Below, in pieces: positions 30,599 to 40,573 of a stretch of DNA of 64,000 bases. The notes below the pieces were generated by a model, which searched no databases, was not told the origin of the DNA, and worked only from the letters and a program-made list of their open reading frames with translations. Made by a program: the position numbers and the translations under genes. How positions within the stretch are numbered: the stretch's first letter is position 1; each line of letters begins with the position of its first letter. Origin of the DNA: a candidate division FCPU426 bacterium (lineage in GTDB: Bacteria > Oederibacteriota > Muellerivitia > Muellerivitales > Muellerivitaceae); assembly GCA_963830915.1 (NCBI GenBank), contig CAWHOE010000047.1, positions 1-64,000 of the forward strand. The letters are read 5' to 3'.

Positions 30599-30605
30599 AG
30601 CATGA

Positions 30606-30634
30606 ATAGTACTGGCAGGGGTTTTCTTTGTCAA
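30606..30634 (-). promoter_or_regulatory. Sigma70-type promoter of the infC operon
   Basis: TTGACA (30634-30629), 17 nt, TACTAT (30611-30606). Confidence 0.8.
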
Positions 30635-30655
30635 AGCTTTTTTCAGGAAATGGGC

Positions 30656-32483
30656 TTAAAGAGGCAAATCAACATCGGGGAAATTATCCATGATCCTATC
30701 CCTGACCATGGACAAGAGCGCTGTCTGCGCCTTGGCCATAGGAACCTGCGCCTGTTTTTCCGCCGCATATCGGCGCCAAGTCACCGTCACATCCTTGACC
30801 TCATTGGAGCCAACGATCCAGATATTCGGGACCTTCTTGGTGATGGCGTTGCGGACTTTTTTGGAGAAAGAATCATTGGTGGAGTCCACCTCGACCCGGA
30901 TCATTTGGGCATGGAGGTCGCCTGCCATCTGATTGGCGTATGGAAGGAAATCCTCCGCCACAGGAACGATCTTCACTTGCGTCGGCGAAAGCCAAGTGGG
31001 GAAAGCCCCACCCCAGCGCTCGATCAGGAAGGATATGAAACGTTCGTGCGTACCCAAGGGAGCCCGGTGGATGATGAAGGGTCTTTGTTTGGAGCCATCC
31101 TGCGCCGTATATTCCAGTTGGAACCTTTCGGGCATGGTGAAATCAAGCTGCACGGTCGCCGCGGTCTCTTCCCTGCCCCAGCACATTCTCGGTTTGGTAG
31201 TCGATCTTGGGGCCATAAAAAGCCGCCTCCCCCATGACCTCCTCGTATTCCACTTCCAATTCCTTCAGGACTTCCCTCAGGATGTTCTCGGTTTTGACCC
31301 ACAATTCCTCGTTCTCCGTGAACTTTTCCTTATCCTGGTCATGGAGGGATAAACGCACCCATATTTTATCCATGCGGAATTTCTCGAAATACAACTTGTG
31401 CATCGCCACGACTTTCTTGATCTCGTCCTTGATCTGGTCTTGGGTGCAATAGATATGGGCGTCGTTCATGGACAATCCCCGAACCCTCAGCAAGCCGGCC
31501 AACTGTCCGGATTTCTCGAAACGATAGACCGTGCCATATTCGGCCAGGCGCAAAGGTAGTTCCCGGTAACTCCTGGGACGGCTCAAGTAGATCATGTGAT
31601 GGTGGGGACAGTTCATGGGTTTCAGGTAGAACTCCTCCGGGGGCGAATCCGGATCCTTTTCCACGGTGCGCATGGGCGGGAACATGGAGTCCTTGTACAA
31701 CTGGAGATGTCCGGAAAGCTTGTACAATTCCCCGTTGGCGATATGGGGTGTGGCCACGCGGACGTAGCCGTCCTTGAACTCAAGTTCCTTGGCGAATTTC
31801 TCCAGCTCTTCCCTGATCACCGTACCGTTCGGTAGCCAAAGAGGGAGACCCTTCCCCACGTGCTCATCGATAGTGAAAAGCTCGAGTTCCTGTCCCAGTT
31901 TTCGATGGTCCCGTTTGAGCGCCAATTCCCGGCTCTTGATGAACTCCTTGAGTTCGCTTTCCGATGGGAAACAAAGCCCATAGATGCGGGTCAACATGGG
32001 CCGTTTGACGTCCCCCCGCCAATAACTGCCGGCGATGGAATCCAATTTGAAGGCCATGACCGGGATCTGGGATGTGTTCTCCACATGGGGTCCCTCGCAC
32101 ATGTCCACAAAGGTCCCGCTCTTGTAGAAACTCAGTGATTCGTTCTCCTGGATCAGCTCCTGGGCGTACTCCACCTTGAGCTTTTGACCCATCGTTTCCA
32201 ACTTTTTCATCGCTTCGGCCTTGGGAAGTTCTTCCCGTTGGAAGGTTTCCTTCTCTTGAAGGATCTTTCGCATCCTTTTTTCCAGGTCCGGCAGATCGGA
32301 TTCGGTCAATGGTTCTTCCAGCATGAAATCGTAATAGAAGCCTGTGCGGATGGGGGGGCCAAAACCCAACTGAGCCTTGGGGCGCACCTGAAGGACAGCT
32401 TGGGCCAGGACATGGGCCATGGAATGGCGCATCTTGAAGAGCGCCTCGTCCATCCTATGTTTCGGTTCGTATTTATCGGACAT
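30656..32483 (-). CDS. thrS: Threonine-tRNA ligase (no N-terminal TGS domain) with a frameshift at 31176-31179
   Basis: RHSMAH, DMCEGPH, RDHRKLG, KPMNCPHH, AAFYGPKID, QLDF, HRAPLGTHERF. Removing one base restores VLGREETAATVQLDF. Confidence 0.97.
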
Positions 32484-32530
32484 GGGGATTCCAATGAAGA
32501 AAGATGATGGCAGGCATTCGAGCGAGAAAA

Positions 32531-32607
32531 TGGTGGGCGTAACTGGACTCGAACCAGTGACCCCTTCCATGTCAAGGAAGTACTCTAACCAACTGAGCTA
32601 TACGCCC
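32531..32607 (-). tRNA. tRNA-Val(GAC)
   Basis: GGGCGTATAGCTCAGTTGGTTAGAGTACTTCC-TTGACAT-GGAAGGGGTCACTGGTTCGAGTCCAGTTACGCCCACCA. Confidence 0.96.
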
Positions 32608-32809
32608 CGCTTGAACCTGATCCGCCTCTGTAAACCGGCTACCTAAAGAATGGTTATTTTAACCAACCCCGAAGCAATAATCCAATCCCAATGGGATAAC
32701 CGTCCTTTTTAAATCCAAAGGTTTGGGAGGGAAGATTTTATCCGACAATCCCGAACTGTCCACTTTTTATTTTGAATTCCTGTCCTCTAGACCCATTCCA
32801 TCCCGTCTT

Positions 32810-34336
32810 TCAAAGGCAATGAGCGGGTTTCATCAGGTCAAAAACAGTCTTCACGGGATTAAAAGTTTCCAAAGGCACTTCAACGAACAGGGTGATCCAA
32901 TCAGCCATTGCCCCATTCCATAAGCCGGGTAATTCGATGGCTTTTAAATCCCGTCCCAACATGGACTTTTGGCTGAAAAAAACAGCGTTCCCGTCGACGA
33001 AATCCTTCAGATCGAACGGGTTCCCTTTCCAATCCCTTACCCCGCAAACCAGATCGACCGGGTTGAAATGGGTTGCCTTTCGCAGGATATCCAATTGTTC
33101 GGAAGAATGGGGATCGACTTGTGATTGTTCAACGATCTGCAACGTCAATTTCCCTTTTGGGTCCTTGACCCAAAAGGGGCCGCCCCCAGGCCCGCCCGTG
33201 TTCTTCACCATTCCGCAAACCCGTATAGGGCGGTTCAATAGGTCGATCAAGAGCCGTTGTGCCGTAGGACTTTCCAGTTCGTTCGAGCCCAGTGGAAGCC
33301 TCAACTCTTGAATGATGAAATTTTTGATATCAGCCGACACGACCTTTTCAACGTTCAAAACCCTCAGAAAATGAAAAACACGTTCTTGAACCTTGGCCAA
33401 ATGGCCGATCAGTATTTTTCTCCAGGGCACGATCCGTTCCAGCCAGGACTCGACCGCGACATTGTCGATATTGGTGATATAAACCAAGTCGCCCCCAAGT
33501 TCGTTCAAGTTTTCCAGCAAAGCCCCATGTCCTCCCGGGCGAAAAACCAACTGCCCATTGGTGTCCCGGAAAGGCTTATTTTGAAAATCAACGGCCAGTG
33601 TGTCGGTGGACGGTTTTTGGACCGAGTAATCCACCTGCCATTGGGAAGAATATTTTTCCCCATACATGGCCCTGGATCGGTCGACTTGAAGGCGGAATTC
33701 ATCCCTAAAATCTTCCGAAACCGTGAAATGGATCCGACACAAGCCTTTATCATCCTTCAAGAAATAGGTCGAATCGATCAAATGTTCGGTCACGGGAGAC
33801 CGGGTTTCCCCGGGATAAAGATGGAAAGGGATCAAACCCTTGGGTCGTTGAGCGTAATTCATACCATCGGGGTTCAACAGCACTTTCAATATTTCCTGGT
33901 AGCGCCTGTCCACGAGCAAGGACCTTACGTCCATACCTTTTTGTTGGAAATGATCTTGTAATTCTGGGAAAAAACCACGGCGTGGCAGGTCATCCATGAA
34001 TTCCCGGACCCGGTCCCCTTCCCCATCCGCCATTCGATCCAGCGATACCGCGCCTTGGGAATATTTGATCAAGAATTGGAACATCCGGGTGGCCGCCCCG
34101 GAGGCAGGCACGAACTTCATCAACCGGCCTTGGGCGCGTGACCTTTCGAAATGCTCAAGCGCTGATTGGCGTTGGGTAAGGTCCAAAGAAAGTATCCCAT
34201 CCCCAATGACAGCGGGACGCTCGAGATGGATGAAAGGGGGCGGGTCTTTAAACAGGGATAACTGGCAGTCGGCTTCCGAGGGATCGATCGAACGGGTTCT
34301 CATCTGCCTTAGATCTTCATCCGACCAATGGGACAT
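32810..34336 (-). CDS. DUF4301 family protein
   Basis: KFVPASGAATRMF, PKGLIPFH, HFTVS, QKPSTDT, FRPGGHGALLENLN, NRPIRVCGMVKN, THFNPVDLVC, ELPGLWNGAMA. Confidence 0.85.
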   Translation of the reverse strand: MSHWSDEDLRQMRTRSIDPSEADCQLSLFKDPPPFIHLERPAVIGDGILSLDLTQRQSALEHFERSRAQGRLMKFVPASGAATRMFQFLIKYSQGAVSLDRMADGEGDRVREFMDDLPRRGFFPELQDHFQQKGMDVRSLLVDRRYQEILKVLLNPDGMNYAQRPKGLIPFHLYPGETRSPVTEHLIDSTYFLKDDKGLCRIHFTVSEDFRDEFRLQVDRSRAMYGEKYSSQWQVDYSVQKPSTDTLAVDFQNKPFRDTNGQLVFRPGGHGALLENLNELGGDLVYITNIDNVAVESWLERIVPWRKILIGHLAKVQERVFHFLRVLNVEKVVSADIKNFIIQELRLPLGSNELESPTAQRLLIDLLNRPIRVCGMVKNTGGPGGGPFWVKDPKGKLTLQIVEQSQVDPHSSEQLDILRKATHFNPVDLVCGVRDWKGNPFDLKDFVDGNAVFFSQKSMLGRDLKAIELPGLWNGAMADWITLFVEVPLETFNPVKTVFDLMKPAHCL

Positions 34337-34374
34337 TCGGACGTCTCCTGGAGGACTCCATCTTCTACAAAAAT

Positions 34375-34450
34375 TGGAGGCGGCAGGCGGATTTGAACCG
34401 CCGAATCGCGGTTTTGCAGACCGCTCCCTTAACCACTTGGGTATGCCGCC
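34375..34450 (-). tRNA. tRNA-Cys(GCA)
   Basis: GGCGGCATACCCAAGTGGTTAAGGGAGCGGT-CTGCAAA-ACCGCGATTCGGCGGTTCAAATCCGCCTGCCGCCTCCA. Confidence 0.96.
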
Positions 34451-34553
34451 CCGAAAGGAACGCCCAGGGGCTTGACCTTAGACGTCACGCGGACCTTCGC
34501 GGGACCGACCAGCGAAAAAAACCGTGATTTACCTCCCGTCGGAGGAACATAGA

Positions 34554-34628
<75 letters not shown>

Positions 34629-34742
34629 GTGGTTCCAAAGGCTCAATGGCCCAACTGGACGTCGAATTATACTTTTGACCTTATCTTGAGTCAATTCACT
34701 TTAAGCCGATTGTTGGGGTACCCGATAGGCCGCTTGAAAGGC

Positions 34743-35564
34743 CTAGTCTTTCTTCAGGCCAAGATCCTTGACGACCTGCTCGATGATATCAGCGTCGATG
34801 CTTTCTCTTTTGAGCAGGTAACCCTCCAACATGGCATTGTCACAGGTCGTATTGATCAGCCGTGGGATACCCTTGGTATAGTCGAAGATCTTCTGGTAGG
34901 CGTTGGCCGTGAATATCTGCTTGTCGCATCCGGCCACGCTCAACCGATGCCGGATATATTGCTCGCTGGTTTCCCGGGTCAGGGATTTGATGAAGAATTT
35001 CATGGCCATCCGCTGATACAGGGGCGGGTCCAAGGCCAGGTATTTTTCCAATTCAGGCAAACCCAACAGAACGATCGAGATGAGTTTTCTGCCCGGAACC
35101 TCCAGGTTCAGAAGGCCTCGGAACTCCTCGAAGATCTCTTTTTTTTGCAACATGTTGGCTTCATCGATGAGAACCACCGCTTTGCGGCCCTCCTCGTAGA
35201 TCTTCATCAGCCGTTCATACAACTGGGAAATGATCTGACCCTTGGCCTCGCTCGGGTTTTCTACCCCCAATTGATGGGCGATCTTCTTGAGCATCCATTC
35301 GGCGGATATTTCACTGTGGACAATGACCAGGAGGGTGGCTTCGTACTGGGGATCTTGTTCGAGTTTTTCGAGGGCTTTGCGCGCCAGCAAGGTCTTGCCC
35401 GCGCCGATGTCGCCCACCACGACCGTCAAACCCTTCATGGTGTCAACGGCGTGCAGCATCCGGACCATGGCCTCGGCGTGCTGACTGCTTTCGTAATAAA
35501 AACGGCTGTCGGGAGCGTTGGAGAACGCCTGTTCCTTCAAGCCGTAGAAATTCTCGTAGCTCAT
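34743..35564 (-). CDS. ExeA/GspA-family AAA ATPase (ATPase domain only)
   Basis: MSYENFYGLKEQAFSNAPD, GDIGAGKT, LIDEAN, GIPRLINTTCDNAM. Confidence 0.88.
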   Translation of the reverse strand: MSYENFYGLKEQAFSNAPDSRFYYESSQHAEAMVRMLHAVDTMKGLTVVVGDIGAGKTLLARKALEKLEQDPQYEATLLVIVHSEISAEWMLKKIAHQLGVENPSEAKGQIISQLYERLMKIYEEGRKAVVLIDEANMLQKKEIFEEFRGLLNLEVPGRKLISIVLLGLPELEKYLALDPPLYQRMAMKFFIKSLTRETSEQYIRHRLSVAGCDKQIFTANAYQKIFDYTKGIPRLINTTCDNAMLEGYLLKRESIDADIIEQVVKDLGLKKD

Positions 35565-35583
35565 TGCTCGCCCTTTTTCAAAA

Positions 35584-38226
35584 TCAAACGTAGCCTACCC
35601 TATTTGACTTTTTTTTGCCACTTGAATCTTTGGCGGGCTCTGGGGCGTTTTTTTCTTCCTTTGGAGTCGGTTCAGGAACTTTTTCTATCGTCGGAGGAGT
35701 AGGCGCGGATGTCACGGGCGCTGCGGGCGCAGGATTTTTGGTCTTTAACAAGCTCTGAAGATCGTCCCATTTCTTCTTGGCCTCCAGATTATCCGGTTCC
35801 AATTGCAGTATCCGCTTGTAGATCTTGGAAGCCTCCTCGTACAGTCCTTGGCGGGTATAGATGTCCGCCACGGCGATCGTCATGAATTCATCCTTGCCTT
35901 CTTCGACCAGGCTGTCACCTTTCGAGGAGGATTCCATGCTCATGCTCTTCAGGTCCACCAAAGGCTCGACCTTCTTCACGGACCTTTCAGCCTCTTCCCT
36001 GGCTTTCTTCTCAGCCTCTTCCTTGGCCTTCTTCTCGGCTTCTTCCCTGGCTTTTCGTTCAGCCTCTTCTTTGGCTTTCTTTTCAGCCTCTTCTTTGGCC
36101 CGCTTTTCTATTTCTTCCTTGGCTTTTCGTTCAGCTTCTTCCTTGGCCTTTTTCTCGGCTTCTTCTTTTACTTTTGTTTCCAGTTCTTCCCGTATCTTTC
36201 GTTCCAGTTCTTCCTTGATCTTTCTATCGGCTTCTTCCTTGGCCATCCTTTCCATTTCTTCTTTGGCTTTCTTTTCCGCCTCTTCCCTCGCCTTCTTTTC
36301 AGCGCTTTCTCGAGCGATACGCTCTATCTCCATTTTAGCTTTCAATTCGGCTTCTTCCCTGGCTTTACGTTCCAACTCGGTTTTGGCCCTCGCTTCCGCC
36401 TCGACCTTGGCTTTTTGTTCCATCTCGGCCCTTAACCGTTTGGCTTCATCATGGGCCTTCTTCTCCATTTCGGCCCGGAGAACTTTTTCTTCCTCTTCCT
36501 TGACCTTTTTCTCCGCCTCAATAGCTCCGATCACATCCTCGCCTGTTTTCACATAGGCGGTATAGGCAAGGTTCAACTTTTCCTTGATCTCGGGTTTATC
36601 CGGGAAGGTCTCGACCAGATGCTGGTATATCTCAATGGCCTCCTCGACCATGCCCTGTTTCACGAAATTGTCCGCGATCGAAAGTTCCGCCTTCCAATCA
36701 TCGGATGTATCCAACTCAATGACGGTCGATTTCGCGGGTTCAGGAGGCGGGGTCACGGCCTCGACCGGAGGCGGACTGGTACGTTCCGAGCTTGCTTGGG
36801 GTTTTTCAGCTTCCTTTTCCAGGTCCATTACCCCTGAAGACGCCGCAGGCTTAATTTCCACAGGAGCTTTTGTCTCCGCGGGGGCTTTGGGCGGTTCAGC
36901 CGGGGCCTGAGCTTTATCCACCACTGCCCCGACCACCATTTTTTGGGTTTCGGTATGGTCTGGATTCAGCTCCAGGATCTTCCGGGCCAATTCTTGGACC
37001 TTATCCTTCTTTTGTTGTTTCTCGTAGATCGGGATGGCTTTGGAAAAGGCCTCGACGGCTCCGTCTTTGTCCCCATTGATCTTAAGCAACTCACCCAACT
37101 TCTCCCGAAAGGCCGCGTTGTTCTCATCAAGGGAAGCCCTGTTTTTCGCGAATTCCAACGCTTTTTTGAAATCGTTTTTCGCTTCGTATTTTTCGACCAA
37201 TACGCCGAAGGCCGTGATGGCCTCGTTCTTTGACCCGCTTTTTTTCAGGGAAACCTCAGCCAAGGCCTCTATGGCCAACAAATTCTCTTTATCGACCTTT
37301 AAGGCTTTTTGGATGTTCTCGCTCGCTTTATCGAATTGATTCTGTTCCATTTGAACTCGGGCCAAATGGACCAGCGCCCCGATATGGTTCACCTTGAACC
37401 TGAGCAGGCTCTCGAACTCGGATTTGGCTTCCGAATATTGCTGCTTTTTGTAATAAACCAAGCCCAAAACATAATGGGCCTCGATGCTCTTGAACTCGAC
37501 AGCCTTCAAGCCGTACTGGTATGCCTTCTCCAGGTCGTTCTGGTTCAAGGCCAGTTCCGCGATGATCAGGTATTCTTTTTTCGCGTCGCTTTCCGAGCCT
37601 TGTTTGATGAAGATCTGGGCGAGGTTCGACCTTCCCTCAATATTATTTGGCTCGAGCTGGACCACTTTCTGGAACATCTCCTGAGCCTTCTTATATAAAC
37701 GGTGGTTGAGAAAGTTCGTGCCCAACACTTGGTATTCCTTGACCGCTTCCGCGGCCAGTCCCTTTTTCTCGAAAAGTTCCCCCAGATTGGCGTAAGCCGC
37801 TAGGTTCTCAGGATCCAGGCTGATGACTTCTTTCAAGGCCTCTATGGCAGAATCGATATCACCCTGTTCAATGGCCGATTCGGCCTTGATGGTTTGTTTG
37901 ATGAGATTTTGTCGTTTTTGTGATTCGGGAGGGAGAGAACTTGAATCTAAAGCGGCTAATTTTTTATTAACGATGACCGATTTTTCAGTTTGTCCACGGG
38001 CGGAAAAGTCCGTCGAAACCTTGATGTACTCGTCAAAGGCCTCGCGAACAGCTCCTTTTTTGACATAGACATCGCCCAACATGTTATGGGTGTTGATGTC
38101 TTCAGGATCCAACGCGATGAGCTTTTTGTATTCCTCGATCGCTTTGTCCCAGCGGCCTTCCTGGAAATAGATATAGGCCATTTTAACGATGTTTTTTTTG
38201 TCACCACCGCTAGCTGGAACGTTCAT
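35584..38226 (-). CDS. Large cytoplasmic TPR protein with charged E/K/A helical repeats and terminal TPRs
   Basis: Many TPRs, Pro-rich linkers, KAKEEAE(K/R) repeats, C-terminal TIAVADIYTRQG. Confidence 0.8.
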   Translation of the reverse strand: MNVPASGGDKKNIVKMAYIYFQEGRWDKAIEEYKKLIALDPEDINTHNMLGDVYVKKGAVREAFDEYIKVSTDFSARGQTEKSVIVNKKLAALDSSSLPPESQKRQNLIKQTIKAESAIEQGDIDSAIEALKEVISLDPENLAAYANLGELFEKKGLAAEAVKEYQVLGTNFLNHRLYKKAQEMFQKVVQLEPNNIEGRSNLAQIFIKQGSESDAKKEYLIIAELALNQNDLEKAYQYGLKAVEFKSIEAHYVLGLVYYKKQQYSEAKSEFESLLRFKVNHIGALVHLARVQMEQNQFDKASENIQKALKVDKENLLAIEALAEVSLKKSGSKNEAITAFGVLVEKYEAKNDFKKALEFAKNRASLDENNAAFREKLGELLKINGDKDGAVEAFSKAIPIYEKQQKKDKVQELARKILELNPDHTETQKMVVGAVVDKAQAPAEPPKAPAETKAPVEIKPAASSGVMDLEKEAEKPQASSERTSPPPVEAVTPPPEPAKSTVIELDTSDDWKAELSIADNFVKQGMVEEAIEIYQHLVETFPDKPEIKEKLNLAYTAYVKTGEDVIGAIEAEKKVKEEEEKVLRAEMEKKAHDEAKRLRAEMEQKAKVEAEARAKTELERKAREEAELKAKMEIERIARESAEKKAREEAEKKAKEEMERMAKEEADRKIKEELERKIREELETKVKEEAEKKAKEEAERKAKEEIEKRAKEEAEKKAKEEAERKAREEAEKKAKEEAEKKAREEAERSVKKVEPLVDLKSMSMESSSKGDSLVEEGKDEFMTIAVADIYTRQGLYEEASKIYKRILQLEPDNLEAKKKWDDLQSLLKTKNPAPAAPVTSAPTPPTIEKVPEPTPKEEKNAPEPAKDSSGKKKSNRVGYV
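35985..36420 (-). repeat. Degenerate 24-bp coding repeats (KAKEEAEK/R)
   Basis: Repeated GCCTCTTCYTTGGCYTTT-type units inside the TPR gene. Confidence 0.85.
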
Positions 38227-38576
38227 ATAACCCCTGGTTGACTTTTAACCGGCGAAAAAAGTAACCCCTGGTTTTTAACGAAAAATTCAGGGAATTTCTT
38301 AGAGTATCTCAATTCGTACTATAACATTGGCATTTTCAGTTCGCAAGGTAATGAGCCTTATTTCACTGGGGTTTTAGGGTCATCAGGGCAATAAGACGTT
38401 TAACAAGACCCAAACAAATCCCATTTCCCCTTGTATCCATGAGTAACCAAGAGAATAACCCTTTAGGAGACCAAATTAGCTGAATGATACAATGACCCGC
38501 CATTTGAACGATTGGCGGAATGGATACTACAAGATGCGGTTAACGGTCTTGTGGATCTCTAAAAAAGAAATCCTTA

Positions 38577-40445
38577 ATGAAAACGAACAAACCTTACCAG
38601 AAAACTGATCCCCGGATCGAGGAAGCGCTTTTTCTCCATCGATCGGGAAAACTGGCGGAAGCGGAAGAACAGATCAAGAAGCTGTTGAACTTCTTCCCCA
38701 AGAATACCCAGCTCCTGACCCACTTGGGGACCATTCACCTTCAACAGGGCAATCCGGAAGAAGGGGTCCGTATCCTGAGCAAGTCCTTACAGATCGATCC
38801 CGATCAGCCCATGGCCTTATTGAACCGCTCTAACGGGCTGGTCACCCTAAAAAGATTTCAAGATGCCCTGACCTCTTACGACCGGACCCTCGCCATCAAA
38901 CCGGATTTTGCCGAGGCCTATTACAACCGAGGCGAGGTCCTGCTGGGGCTCAACCGTCCTCAGGACGCCGCCGCCGACTTTGACCGCGCCGCGTCCCTCC
39001 ATCCTGATTTCCCTGGGGCTTATTACAACCGCGGCCTCGCCCTTGAAAAACTCGGACGGCTGGAAGAATCCCTCGCCAGTTTTGACCGGGCCCTCGCTCT
39101 TCGTCCCCAATATCCCGAGGCCCATTTCAATAAGGGCAATATCCTGAGAAAACTTGGGCGTTTTGACGACGCCTTGATCGAATACGGGCTATCGATCACC
39201 CAACGGCCAGATCACGTTGAGTCTTATACGAACCAAGGTTATGTCCTTCAGGATCTCCAACGCCTGGATGACGCCCTGGCCAGTTATGACCGAGCCATCG
39301 CGCTCCAGCCGGATCGGCCCGAGGCCCATAACAACCGAGGGACCGTTCTGCGTAAACTCAAAAGACTTGACGAAGCCCTTGCCGCCCATGACCGGGCCAT
39401 CGCTCTCCATCCAGGTTATGCCGAGGCCCATAACAACCGGGGCACGGTCCTTCAGGAACTCAAAAGGCTGGACGAGGCCCTATTAGCCCACGACCGGGCC
39501 ATTTCACTCGACCCAGGTTATATGGAGGCCTACTGGAACAAGGCGCTGCTGAAACTTCTGATGGGCGATTATCCCGAAGGATGGGAACTTTATGAAAAAC
39601 GCGCCAAGCCCAGACGATTCACCCAACCCCTTTGGAACGGCACAGAATCGCTCAGGGGCAAAACCATCCTGGTCCATACCGAACAGGGTTTTGGGGATGT
39701 GATCCAATTCAGCCGGTACGCTCCCATGCTCGAGAAACTGGGCGGCCTGGTCCTATTCGAGGCTCCCCAAGCCCTGGTTTCTGTCCTTTCGACCCTGGCG
39801 GGAAACATCACTTTCATCGAGGCCGGCAAACCCCTTCCTGATTTCGACTTTTATCTTCCCATGATGAGCCTGCCATCGGTCTTCCAGACAACGTTGGAAA
39901 CCATTCCCGCCGAAGTCCCCTACTTGTTCCCTCCGCCAGGCCAAAAGGATCTATGGACTGAAAAGCTGGGGAAACGGACCGTCCCAAGGATCGGTTTGGT
40001 TTGGTCGGGGAAACAGGAACATTCCAATGACCATAACCGAAGTATCGGCTTGGAAAACCTCGCTCCTTTACTGAAATTGCCCTTCGAATTCCATTCCTTG
40101 CAAAAGGAATACAGGGAAAAAGACAAGGCCTTGCTGGCTGGCCTTCCCACCTTGAAGGACCATCACCGGGATCTGAGGGACTTTTCCGACACGGCGGGTC
40201 TGATCCATGAAATGGATATGGTCCTTTCGGTCGATACTTCTGTGGCCCATTTAGCTGGCGCCATGGGCAAACCGCTCTGGGTGCTTCTGCCCTATCTGCC
40301 GGATTATCGATGGCTATTGGAACGTTCGGATAGCCCCTGGTATCCAACCGCGACCCTTTTCAGGCAATCCAAGGACGGGGACTGGCAATCGGTTATTTCG
40401 GAAGTCCTAAAACGGATGGAAACTGAACTCAATATAAACCTATAG
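38577..40445 (+). CDS. TPR-repeat protein with C-terminal GT-B glycosyltransferase (GT9-like) domain
   Basis: About 9 TPRs, then EQGFGDVIQFSRY, IGLVWSG, HSLQK, DMVLSVDTSVAHLAGAMG, SPWYPT. Confidence 0.88.
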   Translation: MKTNKPYQKTDPRIEEALFLHRSGKLAEAEEQIKKLLNFFPKNTQLLTHLGTIHLQQGNPEEGVRILSKSLQIDPDQPMALLNRSNGLVTLKRFQDALTSYDRTLAIKPDFAEAYYNRGEVLLGLNRPQDAAADFDRAASLHPDFPGAYYNRGLALEKLGRLEESLASFDRALALRPQYPEAHFNKGNILRKLGRFDDALIEYGLSITQRPDHVESYTNQGYVLQDLQRLDDALASYDRAIALQPDRPEAHNNRGTVLRKLKRLDEALAAHDRAIALHPGYAEAHNNRGTVLQELKRLDEALLAHDRAISLDPGYMEAYWNKALLKLLMGDYPEGWELYEKRAKPRRFTQPLWNGTESLRGKTILVHTEQGFGDVIQFSRYAPMLEKLGGLVLFEAPQALVSVLSTLAGNITFIEAGKPLPDFDFYLPMMSLPSVFQTTLETIPAEVPYLFPPPGQKDLWTEKLGKRTVPRIGLVWSGKQEHSNDHNRSIGLENLAPLLKLPFEFHSLQKEYREKDKALLAGLPTLKDHHRDLRDFSDTAGLIHEMDMVLSVDTSVAHLAGAMGKPLWVLLPYLPDYRWLLERSDSPWYPTATLFRQSKDGDWQSVISEVLKRMETELNINL

Positions 40446-40573
40446 ACAACTCCTCTCATCGGCTTTCATTCCCTTCCCTTACATTGGGCCCTCAAACCCA
40501 CTTTCACGTTATTAGTGGTAATATTTTGTTTAACATTTATTCCTTATATATTCGGGGAGGAATTAGCAAACCC

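Noticed and set aside
31143..31216. Programmed frameshift or split ThrRS
   Set aside because: A single extra base in a C4 run with no slippery heptamer, and similar indels occur throughout the window.
39280..39500. Near-identical 102-bp tandem duplication as a DGR template/variable repeat pair
   Set aside because: It is an in-frame duplication of a 34-aa TPR unit, and there is no reverse transcriptase in the window.
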